Assembly: GCA_963716175.1 (NCBI GenBank)
Contig: OY970296.1
Location: 2,176,001 to 2,240,000 of the forward strand
Length of the DNA stretch: 64,000 bases
Direction: 5' to 3'
Origin: an uncultured Armatimonadetes bacterium
Lineage (GTDB): Bacteria > Armatimonadota > Hebobacteria > Hebobacterales > Hebobacteraceae
In this document: one piece after another, positions 48,555 through 57,176 of the stretch
Layout of the letters: each line of letters opens with the position of its first letter
How positions within the stretch are numbered: the stretch's first letter is position 1
Made by a program: the position numbers and the translations under genes
The notes under the pieces: model-generated
What the model was told of the DNA's origin: nothing
Database searches by the model: none
What the model saw: the letters and a program-made list of their open reading frames with translations, nothing else

Positions 48555-49400
48555 ATGGATATCATGGAGGAAGCTAAGGGTCTGTGTGAGGACCTACGCA
48601 GAGTGTACGAGAATCGCGTGCGGGTTGTTGTCCGGCCAGACGGCAAGCACGTCGTGACCGTCCCTCACTCTACGCTGGAAGGAGGCGATACTTCGCTGTT
48701 TGTGGATGCCGTGGACGGCTTACTGTTCCTGCACGATAACGCGCGAACTGCTGTGTTCCTGGAATCTCTTGGTGTTGATCCGCGGGCCAGCGGCCGTAGA
48801 ACCCATATTGAGACCTTGGCCCGCGAGCGTGGTTGCGAATACAGAGTCGGACGGCTTCAAGTCCTCGTGCGAGCAACCAAGGATCGAGCTTCGTCTGCGG
48901 CGGGCCTTGCAGACCTGATCAAGACCGTGTCCGACCTAGGGCTCCAGTCCAGGCCCAAGCCGATTCAAGATCGGGCACTGGTGAGTCGAGTCAGGAAGAG
49001 GTTGTCCGAATGGTATCCTCCGACCACTCGGACTGCGGTGCATGCTCCTTATCGGGTACGTGGAGAAGTGGCGGAGCATACAGTGGAGTTCGCTGTCGCA
49101 AGAGGTGGGCGTTGGTGCGCCGTGAAGCCCGTTCAGGGCAGACAAATGGTAATGCAGGCCGCGAGCTGGCTGGGTACATGGCGGGATATCTGGTTAGGGC
49201 GCTCATCTGAGGCGAACGGAAATGGCCTCGTGGGAGCTGTCAGTATCTATCCGACCGCGGATGTGTCAACGACAGAAGTTGATGTCGTTAAAGACATCTT
49301 AGGAAGGTTTGGCAGCGAACACATTCCTGTTGCGGAGGAAAGCTCGCAGGGCGTACACGATGCCATTGAATCGGTGCTGCGGGTCGGCATGCTACAGTGA
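48555..49400 (+). CDS. DUF1828-like protein with a restriction-fold-like C-terminal region
   Basis: VTVP....GGD..LFV....G...LHDNART...L...GVD; C-terminal VRGEVAEHTVEFAV. Confidence 0.6.
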   Translation: MDIMEEAKGLCEDLRRVYENRVRVVVRPDGKHVVTVPHSTLEGGDTSLFVDAVDGLLFLHDNARTAVFLESLGVDPRASGRRTHIETLARERGCEYRVGRLQVLVRATKDRASSAAGLADLIKTVSDLGLQSRPKPIQDRALVSRVRKRLSEWYPPTTRTAVHAPYRVRGEVAEHTVEFAVARGGRWCAVKPVQGRQMVMQAASWLGTWRDIWLGRSSEANGNGLVGAVSIYPTADVSTTEVDVVKDILGRFGSEHIPVAEESSQGVHDAIESVLRVGMLQ

Positions 49401-49439
49401 ATGCTGGACGGCCGATGGTGTCTGTGGTATCGTACTGTT

Positions 49440-49694
49440 ATGCCTAAACGCTCAAGCAAGCACAAGCAGGGACCTGAGGACGTGAACGAGATCGCCTTCC
49501 GGGTGACGCAGAGGGCGGCGGGGGAAGCACCGCAGGAAGCGTCAAGTGGGAAGAACCCCGCGGCAGTCGCACTCGGCAAGCTCGGCGGCGCGAAGGGCGG
49601 CAAGGCGCGGGCCGCTAGACTCAGTGCGGATCAAAGGAGAAGTATTGCAGTGAGAGCCGCGCGCATTCGCTGGGGAGAGTCTCGTGAAGCCTAA
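49440..49694 (+). CDS. small basic protein (KNPAAVALG...KGG family)
   Basis: MPKRSS...DVNEIA...KNPAAVALGKLGGAKGGKARA..LS...R..IA..AA..RW. Confidence 0.75.
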   Translation: MPKRSSKHKQGPEDVNEIAFRVTQRAAGEAPQEASSGKNPAAVALGKLGGAKGGKARAARLSADQRRSIAVRAARIRWGESREA

Positions 49695-49905
49695 CCCTGC
49701 GACTGCTTGATTGCAGCCAACTTGTCCTTGTCTATAAGGTTGTTTGCTTTTCCTTGCATGATAATGTAAGGCTGCATGAGCGGGTTCATGAACCGAAATC
49801 TGTAGCGGTAAGCGGTCCCGGTCTTTTGTAACACAGGTCCTCTCTCACTCCCGCAGAAGTCATTCAGGTGGCGCGAGAAGCTGGCAATTCCATAGCTTTT
49901 CGCCA
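49691..49905 (-). pseudogene. C-terminal remnant of a larger protein, probably an AAA-ATPase wHTH tail
   Basis: FSRHLNDFC..ERGPVL..TG...YRFRF.NPLMQPYIIM; low GC, no N-terminal part. Confidence 0.4.
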
Positions 49906-50020
49906 TGACAGTACTTGACCTTGCTTCCCAGGCGATTCGCCCGTACACTTGGCGCGATCTTGCTCCCGCCTGTGTATCTTGAGGTAGTCATTCCAGGCCA
50001 AAGCGATAACGACTACGGCG

Positions 50021-50836
50021 ATGATGCACATACTGACCACGAAGGCGGCAACCGTTATGTCAATGACTCGACCATCAAGCTTGTCGCCCATTGATACTGC
50101 GGCAAGGGCGCAGACCGTCTGGTTTGTCGTGGAGACTGTCCTTCTCCTGGCGACAGTCGTGGTGTCCGTGTTGGTGTGGCGGTCCACCAACCGATACCAG
50201 GATCTTGTGAGGCGCGAGGCTGATGCCCGGATTGCAGAAGCTACCCTTGGAGCGGCCCAAGCGAACGAAAGGGCCAAGGCCCTAGAGGCCAGCAACCTCA
50301 TCCTGCGCAAGGACGTGAATGAGGCAAGCGCCAAAGTCGCCAGCGCCCAACGGGACGCCGCAGATGCGCAGAAAGCTGCTGCCGAAGCAATAACACGCCA
50401 GCAGAGGGTCGAGATCTTGCTGGCCAGACAGCAGGAGCGCGCAGCAAGAGCAGAAGCGGAACTGGCGAAACTACAGCCTCGCTTCCTCTCTAGTAGGCAG
50501 CGCGGCCTCTTGCTAGAGGCCTTGACGGCCTCCCGCAAAGGCCCGGTAGAAGTCTTCTGCCTCGTCAATGATGCCGACGGGGAGCAGTACGCAACACAGA
50601 TCAAGGAGGCGCTACTAACATCCGGATGGCCGACCGCTGGCGTCACTATGGCGAGGCTGATACCCGGACCGCCTCCAGGTCTCTCCATCGCCGTACGTGA
50701 CAGGGCGTCTCTGCCGCCCCACGCCCAGAGTCTGCTGCACGCGTTGGCCACCGCAGGACTTCGTACGAACTTGGACGAGGAGCCTGATGTACCCGCAGGA
50801 GTGGTTAGAGTGATCGTTGGCCACAAGCCGCAATGA
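50021..50836 (+). CDS. membrane-anchored coiled-coil hypothetical protein
   Basis: One TM helix, long Ala/Glu/Arg coiled coil, globular C-domain starting LQPRFLS; start uncertain. Confidence 0.6.
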   Translation: MMHILTTKAATVMSMTRPSSLSPIDTAARAQTVWFVVETVLLLATVVVSVLVWRSTNRYQDLVRREADARIAEATLGAAQANERAKALEASNLILRKDVNEASAKVASAQRDAADAQKAAAEAITRQQRVEILLARQQERAARAEAELAKLQPRFLSSRQRGLLLEALTASRKGPVEVFCLVNDADGEQYATQIKEALLTSGWPTAGVTMARLIPGPPPGLSIAVRDRASLPPHAQSLLHALATAGLRTNLDEEPDVPAGVVRVIVGHKPQ

Positions 50837-50900
50837 GCGCGTGTCTCTATTCTCAGCGCCTTCCCCCTCATCTTAGGACACCACCAGCCAGCGAGGGGCC

Positions 50901-50928
50901 TTTACGGCCGCGCGTTTCGTGGTATACT
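50901..50928 (+). promoter_or_regulatory. putative promoter of the ParB-MTase-terminase operon
   Basis: TTTACG-16 nt-(TG)gTATACT extended -10. Confidence 0.5.
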
Positions 50929-50943
50929 CTGAGCGGACAGTAA

Positions 50944-51045
50944 GGCCCCTGGCCCTGGTGGGTTTGGGGTGAAGAGCTGGCGGATATCAGCCGGCGTCTG
51001 ATGCGAGATAGGAAGGGACGCCTTCCAAATCTGGCACCAGGGGCC
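50944..51045 (+). ncRNA. candidate structured 5' leader RNA
   Basis: Nested stems GGCCCCTGG/CCAGGGGCC, GGTTTGG/CCAAATC, GCTG/CAGC, GGCGTC/GACGCC. Confidence 0.4.
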
Positions 51046-51075
51046 GGCTTCGTCTTTCTGCCAGGAGATATCGAA

Positions 51076-51708
51076 ATGGACCAGTCGCCAGGACGCGCAA
51101 CGACCGAGACCGCCAGAGAAGTGGAAGTCGTCTATGCCTCCGGCATTCCTGTGCATTGCGCGCATGATCAGATCGCCGATGTCGATGTACTCGTCCCCAA
51201 TCCGCGCAACCCCAACCGTCACTCGGACGAACAGATTCGCCTGCTGGCGAAGATCATCAAGCACCAAGGCTGGCGGGCCCCAATCACGGTCTCGAACCGC
51301 TCCGGCTTCATCGTCCGCGGCCACGGGCGCCTGACAGCGGCCAAGCTGCTGGGTGTTGACCTCGTGCCCGTGGACCGCCAGGACTACGCCACCGAAGCGG
51401 AGGAGTGGGCCGATCTCATCGCCGATAACCGACTCTCGGAGCTCAACGAGATGGACGGCGCCAGCCTCACGGAGTTGCTCCGGGAACTCGATGCCGGGAT
51501 GCTGGCGGTCCTGGGCGCGGACATGGAGTTGACCGGCTTCACGGAGGCCGCTCTGGCTGAGGTGATGAGCCAGCTCCAGCCGGAGGAGGAGCTGGAGGAG
51601 GTGGAGGCCCCGGAGCCGCCTGCCCAGCCGGTAACGCGGCCGGGCGATCTCTGGCTGCTGGGTCGGGTCGTGCAGTGTCCTCGTTGCGGGAGGCTGACTG
51701 ATGTCTGA
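51076..51708 (+). CDS. ParB/Srx-like N-terminal domain protein ending in GDLWLLG + CxxC
   Basis: LVPNPRNPNRH, GWRAPI, GHGRL.AA, IADNR, LTGF, acidic linker; AGGAG RBS. Confidence 0.88.
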   Translation: MDQSPGRATTETAREVEVVYASGIPVHCAHDQIADVDVLVPNPRNPNRHSDEQIRLLAKIIKHQGWRAPITVSNRSGFIVRGHGRLTAAKLLGVDLVPVDRQDYATEAEEWADLIADNRLSELNEMDGASLTELLRELDAGMLAVLGADMELTGFTEAALAEVMSQLQPEEELEEVEAPEPPAQPVTRPGDLWLLGRVVQCPRCGRLTDV

Positions 51709-52453
51709 ATGCGTCTGTCAGCACTGCCGACATCGATTCGAAGCGGAGCCGAAGGTGAAGCATCGCGTCCTCTGCGGCGATGCCACCAGTGACGCGGATC
51801 TCGCGACGCTGACTTCCGGCGAAGCCTGTCAGTTGCTGACGACAGATCCGCCATACAACGTGGGCATGGACTACCGCGAGGAGACGGACGATGACAAGAG
51901 CGGGGAGTCCTATCGGGAGTTCACACAGCAGTGGTTTGAGGCGACGCGTGCCCTCACCGAAAGGCAGATCGTGACCCCCGGCTGCAACAACCTGGCGATG
52001 TGGCTCCGGCTCTACGGCCCCTACCACGTGGCGCCGTGGACGAAGACCAACGCCATGACCAACGGCAAGGTCTCCCGTTTCTGGTGCTGGGAGCCGATCC
52101 TGTTCTTCGGGGAGAAGTGGCCACGAACACGGCCCAACGACGTTTTCGACTTCCCGGCTGGCACCCACAAAGATACCGGAGGGCATCCCTGCCCCAAGCC
52201 TCTGAGGATGTGGGCCGATCTGCTGACCCACTATGCAGCTGAGGGGGGAACCGTCCTGGAGCCATTCCTGGGCAGCGGCACGACCTTGGTAGCGGCCGAG
52301 CAGGTGGGCCGGAGGTGCATGGGCCTGGACATCTCGCCGGCCTATGTGGATGTCGCACTGATACGCTGGATGAAGCTCACCACCAAGCAGCCGATCCTTG
52401 CGGCCACCGGCCAGACCTTCGAGGAGGTGCACGATGAGCGAAGCAGTTCCTGA
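51701..52453 (+). CDS. beta-class N6A/N4C DNA methyltransferase 1
   Basis: HRVLCGD, TDPPY, HPCPKP, EPFLGSGTT; own GGAGG RBS. Confidence 0.9.
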   Translation: MSECVCQHCRHRFEAEPKVKHRVLCGDATSDADLATLTSGEACQLLTTDPPYNVGMDYREETDDDKSGESYREFTQQWFEATRALTERQIVTPGCNNLAMWLRLYGPYHVAPWTKTNAMTNGKVSRFWCWEPILFFGEKWPRTRPNDVFDFPAGTHKDTGGHPCPKPLRMWADLLTHYAAEGGTVLEPFLGSGTTLVAAEQVGRRCMGLDISPAYVDVALIRWMKLTTKQPILAATGQTFEEVHDERSSS

Positions 52454-53312
52454 GCCGGCAGGCCGGGATGGCGGCCCGCAGGGCCCAGCCATTGCGTGCA
52501 CCTGCGCCCACTGTGGCAAGCGGTTCGAGGCCGTCCCGATGCCACAGCATCGCATCATGTGCGGAGACTCCACCGATCCGGCCGCGGTCGCGGCGCTGAT
52601 GGCGGGCCAGCAGGCGAGGCTGCTTGCCAGCGACCCGCCCTATGGCGTGCGCTATGACGGCAACGCGCACCGGCGGGAACACAGCGGGGGCAGAGTCTAC
52701 GATCCCATCGCCAACGACGATCTCGACGGACCTGCGCTGGAGGCATTCCTGACGGCCGCCTTCCGCGCGGCCTTGCCCCACCTCTCCGACGATGCCGCCT
52801 GGTATGTCTGGCACGCCTCCAGCACGCGTCCCCACTTCCTGGCGGCGCTAGCCTCTGTGGGGGTGGAAGTGCACCAGGAGATCGTCTGGGTCAAGGAGGG
52901 CTTCCAGTTCAGCCGCTCCGATTACCACTGGCAGCACGAACCCTGCCTGTATGGCTGGCGCGAGGGTCACGTCTTCCTGGGGGAGCGCAATCAGTCGACG
53001 GTGTGGCCGATCGCCCGGCAGAGCGAGCATAGGCATCCGACCTCAAAGCCGACGGAACTCTGGCGCATCCCGATCCGCAATCACTTGCCACCCGGCGAGA
53101 TCGTGCTGGATCTGTTCCTCGGCAGCGGAACCGCGATCATCGCCGCCGAGCAGTTGGAACGGCGCGGCTTCGCAATGGAGATCGGCGCCGCCTACGTGGA
53201 CGTGTCCGTGCTCCGCTGGCAGGCGCTGACTGGCAAGGAGGCCATCCTGGAGGCGACGGGGCAGAGCTTCTCCGAGGCGGCCGCGGCGCGGGGGGTGGAG
53301 ATCGAGTGCTGA
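52434..53312 (+). CDS. beta-class N6A/N4C DNA methyltransferase 2
   Basis: HRIMCGD, SDPPY, YHWQHEP, HPTSKP, DLFLGSGT; GAGGAGG RBS. Confidence 0.9.
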   Translation: MSEAVPEPAGRDGGPQGPAIACTCAHCGKRFEAVPMPQHRIMCGDSTDPAAVAALMAGQQARLLASDPPYGVRYDGNAHRREHSGGRVYDPIANDDLDGPALEAFLTAAFRAALPHLSDDAAWYVWHASSTRPHFLAALASVGVEVHQEIVWVKEGFQFSRSDYHWQHEPCLYGWREGHVFLGERNQSTVWPIARQSEHRHPTSKPTELWRIPIRNHLPPGEIVLDLFLGSGTAIIAAEQLERRGFAMEIGAAYVDVSVLRWQALTGKEAILEATGQSFSEAAAARGVEIEC

Positions 53313-53313
53313 C

Positions 53314-53748
53314 ATGGCCGATGAGGTTCAGGAACAACCGAAGAGCAACGTGGGCGGCATTACCGGCAAGGGGTTCACTCCCGGCCGCTCCGGCAACCCC
53401 GGGGGACGGCCTCGGGGCAGCAAGAGCCTGCGGAATCTGCTGATCGAGGCGCTGCGCAAGAAGGCCAAGGACGGCAAGGGCGGTGAGAAGGAGTTCTACG
53501 AGCTGCTCACCGAGTCCATCGTGGTGAACGCGGCCAAGGGCAATGCGGCCCTGGTGAAGCTCATCTTCGACTACCACGAGGGACCGCCGCCGCAGAAGCA
53601 TGAGCTGACCGAGTTCGTCTATCAGGCGACGGAGCTGCGTGAGACCGTCCGCAAGGTGGCGGAACTGATGCGGGACTTCGTCCCGCCGGAGCGATGGGAT
53701 GAGCTCGCCGCTCGTCTCGACGAGATCGACAGAGCCAGCGCCGCGTAG
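53314..53748 (+). CDS. putative terminase small subunit (DUF5681-type)
   Basis: GFTPGRSGNPGGRPRGS; A.KGN...KLIFDY.EG.P; directly upstream of terL. Confidence 0.75.
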   Translation: MADEVQEQPKSNVGGITGKGFTPGRSGNPGGRPRGSKSLRNLLIEALRKKAKDGKGGEKEFYELLTESIVVNAAKGNAALVKLIFDYHEGPPPQKHELTEFVYQATELRETVRKVAELMRDFVPPERWDELAARLDEIDRASAA

Positions 53749-55195
53749 CCTCCTGGGCGTGCTCGCCCGGGAGTTCAGGGCCCAGGCATCCGAGGCCTCC
53801 TTCGCACGCTACCGGGATGACCCGGCGCGGTTCGTACTGGACATCTTCGACTGGCGAGAGGGCGAGGGGCCGACGGCCTACCAGCGGGAGGCGCTGCGCG
53901 AGTTCCCGCGGCGGCGCCGAGTCTGCCTGCGGTCCCCACACTCAGCAGGCAAGACGGCCCTGGCGGCATGGATCGTGCTTTGGTTCGCGTTATCCAGGGA
54001 GCGCATGGAAGGCGATTGGAAGGCCGTGTTGACCGCCAGCGCATGGCGGCAACTATCGCACTACCTGATGCCCGAGATCCGCAAGTGGGTCGGACGCCTG
54101 GATTGGGCGAAGGTCGGCCGGCGGCCATTCGACCAGCGCACCGAACTGCTGGCACTCAACCTGAAGCTCTCCCGGGGTGAGGCCTTCGCGGTCGCCTCGG
54201 ACAAGCCGGAGCTGATCGAGGGGGCCCACGCCGACCGGCTGCTCTACATCTTCGATGAGGCCAAGGCCATCCCATCTGCCACCTGGGACGCGGCGGAAGG
54301 CGCGCTGGCGTCGGGCGACTGCCTCGCGCTGGCGATCTCTACGCCGAGCGAGCCGCAGGGGCGATTCTACGAGATTCAATCGCGGAAGCCGGGCACCGAG
54401 GATTGGTGGGTGCGCCACGTCACGCGGGACGAGTGTCTGGAGTCCGGGCGCATGGACCCGGAATGGGCGGAGCAAAGGAAGGTGCAATGGGGAGAGGGCT
54501 CGGCCGTCTACCAGAACCGCGTGCTGGGCGAGTTCGCGTCATTGGAGGAGGATGGTGTGATTCCCCTGGCGTGGGTCGAGGCGGCGAACGAGAAATGGCG
54601 GGCGCTGGAGGAATCGGGGGAGTGGGGAGGGTTCAGCTGCTGCGGGGTGGACGTGGCAAGAGGGGGTGAGGACCGGACGGTCATCGCCCTCCGGTACGGC
54701 GACGCCATCCGGGAGCTTCGGCGGTCCTCGAAGCGGGACACGATGGAGACCACGGGCGCGGTGGCGGGGATCCTCCAGGCACACGGGGGCGAGGCTATCG
54801 TGGACGTGATCGGGATCGGCGCCGGCGTGGTGGACCGGCTCAAGGAGCAGAGGAAGGCGGTGAGGGCATTCAACGCCTCCGAGCACACCGATGCGAAGGA
54901 CCGATCGGGCGAGCTGGGCTTCGTGAACAAGCGCAGCGCGGCCTGGTGGCACCTGCGGGAACTACTCGACCTGGCCTCCGACAGGCAGATCGCCCTTCCG
55001 CCAGACGACCTGCTGACCGGGGACCTGACGGCGCCGCATTGGCATCCCATGTCCGCGGGAAAGATCCAGGTCGAGGCCAAAGACGATATCAAGAAGCGCA
55101 TTGGCCGCTCCACCGACGACGGCGACGCGGTGGTGATGGCGTTCTGGAAAGAGCCAGCAGTAGTGTATCCGAAGTTCAGGATCGCGAGGGCGTGA
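53699..55195 (+). CDS. phage terminase large subunit
   Basis: SPHSAGKT Walker A, IFDEA Walker B, ISTP, RVLGEF, GVDVARGGED nuclease, STDDGDA. Confidence 0.9.
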   Translation: MSSPLVSTRSTEPAPRSLLGVLAREFRAQASEASFARYRDDPARFVLDIFDWREGEGPTAYQREALREFPRRRRVCLRSPHSAGKTALAAWIVLWFALSRERMEGDWKAVLTASAWRQLSHYLMPEIRKWVGRLDWAKVGRRPFDQRTELLALNLKLSRGEAFAVASDKPELIEGAHADRLLYIFDEAKAIPSATWDAAEGALASGDCLALAISTPSEPQGRFYEIQSRKPGTEDWWVRHVTRDECLESGRMDPEWAEQRKVQWGEGSAVYQNRVLGEFASLEEDGVIPLAWVEAANEKWRALEESGEWGGFSCCGVDVARGGEDRTVIALRYGDAIRELRRSSKRDTMETTGAVAGILQAHGGEAIVDVIGIGAGVVDRLKEQRKAVRAFNASEHTDAKDRSGELGFVNKRSAAWWHLRELLDLASDRQIALPPDDLLTGDLTAPHWHPMSAGKIQVEAKDDIKKRIGRSTDDGDAVVMAFWKEPAVVYPKFRIARA

Positions 55196-55301
55196 GGTTG
55201 GGAAGCAGAGACGGCGTCTCGCGCGGTAGCGACAGCCCCCGGGCGTGGACTGAGCTAGAGGGGGCATACCCGACGTCCGTGGATCGCCTGCGTCGCTGTC
55301 T

Positions 55302-56141
55302 CTATCGGCGAGCTTCATGCGAGCGTCCGCCGGGATCAGCACGCAAGGCCTGCATTGCAGATCTCAACTCCAGCACCTCCACCGGGCAGCCGAAGTAGTC
55401 ATTCTCCCAGCACACCACGTAGTCGCAGCGAATGTCACGGTGCCGTGGGCTATCCACGTGCTGCCGAAATCCACTCGCCCGGTATTCGAACTCGATGAAC
55501 TTGCGCGTGAAGGTCGTACCCACTCGCTGGATGGCGCAGGCATCCGGGAAGCCTGCCCTGATGAACTCCAGCTTCTCGAAGCCCAGTTGCTTCATGTAGT
55601 AGACGAAGATCGCGACCACGCCCTGCTCGCTGGTCGGCGCGTAGTTCAGGACGCCGTAGTCGCCTGGCTCGCCCAATCCCGCGTCGTTCTGCGGCCCTCT
55701 GAAGTACTCGGTATCAGGTGGCTGATACTGGCGAATGTACCTGGATACCATGTCGAAATCGCGCTTGGTCAGCGGAAGCAGGGTCCGCCCCTTCAGTCGG
55801 ACTCCCCGGACCAGCCGCTCAGGGAACAGGGAGAGCGCGTGCGGCAGCGCCGCCAGCATCGGACGTACCGGCACCGGGCGCCTGTCACGCGGGACGGCTA
55901 CAGGCTGTATCTCTGCTACGGTATAGGGCCCTCTCCAGTACTCATCGTCATTGATCTGGCGCGCCCGTCGCTTGACCTTGAAGGTGCCAGCAACTGCAGC
56001 ATCTCCCGTGCAGTAGTAGACGATGCCGTCGCCGGCCCTGAGTCGCTCGAACTCGACCGGGATTCGGTCGCCGGCCTTGCCGATCCAGTTGGGGTGCTGG
56101 TGATAGGACTTGGCATCATGGACCACGAGCCAGTATTTCAT
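55302..56141 (-). CDS. EVE-like domain fused to a PD-(D/E)xK-type nuclease domain
   Basis: MKYWLV...LRAGDGIVYY (EVE/PUA); EQGVV...FPDA...IEFEY...H...CDYVVCWEND. Confidence 0.7.
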   Translation of the reverse strand: MKYWLVVHDAKSYHQHPNWIGKAGDRIPVEFERLRAGDGIVYYCTGDAAVAGTFKVKRRARQINDDEYWRGPYTVAEIQPVAVPRDRRPVPVRPMLAALPHALSLFPERLVRGVRLKGRTLLPLTKRDFDMVSRYIRQYQPPDTEYFRGPQNDAGLGEPGDYGVLNYAPTSEQGVVAIFVYYMKQLGFEKLEFIRAGFPDACAIQRVGTTFTRKFIEFEYRASGFRQHVDSPRHRDIRCDYVVCWENDYFGCPVEVLELRSAMQALRADPGGRSHEARR

Positions 56142-57176
56142 CTGACACCCCCCCGGCGCAATCGCAGGGATGCGGAGCGTCCGGGTTCCTCGCGCGGTAC
56201 CACTTGGGTCGCGGGTGGGCCATCGTTGCACCCGTCTGTGAGGGGGGAGATAATGGTCACTGTCGCGGGGTAGAGGCCAGCTAGGTGCTGCACCCATGTC
56301 GGCACGATTCGCCACCTCTTGCTCGGCTGGTGGCGGCAATCCGGGTCTGCCTGGGCCAAAGAGAGCCCGCGGCAGCCTGGCCGCCAGCCTTGCTACAGGA
56401 GTGGCGTTGGCCACCGCGGGCAAGCCCGCGTGGCCAGCGGCCATCGAAAAGAAACACCACTCCTGTAGCGGCATGACTATATCAGACTGAAACCTGCGCG
56501 TCCACTTCCCGGCCAACCTGCGGATTGATCCTTCGTCGGTCTATTCCCAGCGAGGGTCGTCGGCTGGCATGCTCGTCCCGACCGTCGGCAGCTGTGGATT
56601 CCAGTCCGCGCGGTGGCTCGTTCTACTTCCCCGAAGTGTCCCCGAGACGGCGCTCCACGTCGGCTTCAGGGGCGCGCTCGGCAGCGAGGTGGCGATGGGG
56701 GTGCGACTACCTCCCCCAGGCGCGACAGACCCCCGGGCGAGGGACCAGAGCCGAGGGGGTTGGCCCGGATCCCGGGGGTGCCCAGGGGCTGTCTGCCAGA
56801 ATAGCTTCGGCGGCCTGGGGGCGGCTCCTCCCCCTGTGTGGAACCATGGGCCGACAGCGAACAGCCGCGGGCTCGCGGTGCTTGCCATGCACAGGCTGCT
56901 GCGGCAGCCCGGTTATCTCGATCTTCCGCTCTCCTCCTGGCGCGAATACGCGTCCGATAGTGCCCCTTACTGGACGCAGACCCGGGGCGCCGCCACAGCG
57001 CAGATCACAGTGTGCTCCGCGATGGCCGCACCCGCCGGCCGGCCATCGAAGCGGATGCCCCGGCGAGTCAGGATGGTCCAGAAGGACCAGAGGACGCGGG
57101 GTGTGAACTTCAGGAATCATGGCGGCCTCTCCAGGCCGTCGCGGCGGAGCGAGCCCGGACAGAGGAGGATCGCCAC

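Larger units (their letters stand above)
42926..56141. mobile_element. integrated phage-derived island (satellite-like or cryptic prophage) at tRNA-Glu; right end undefined, may run past the window
   Basis: Integrase, Xis-like HTH, CHC2 finger, ParB/MTases, terS/terL, lower-GC cargo. Confidence 0.8.

Noticed and set aside
50930-51075. SAM-I riboswitch ahead of the methylases
   Set aside because: Short look-alike words (CTGGCCC, AGATAG) but no ATC..GAG, GCAACC or GTGC core in the right order.
51690-51720. ParB/MTase1 split as a mere sequencing frameshift
   Set aside because: MTase1 has its own GGAGG+ATG with a coupled ATGTCTGA overlap, and MTase2 independently starts with the same CxCxHC..RFEA..HRxxCGD module, which an indel cannot create. 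Read check still advisable given the lpxB indel.
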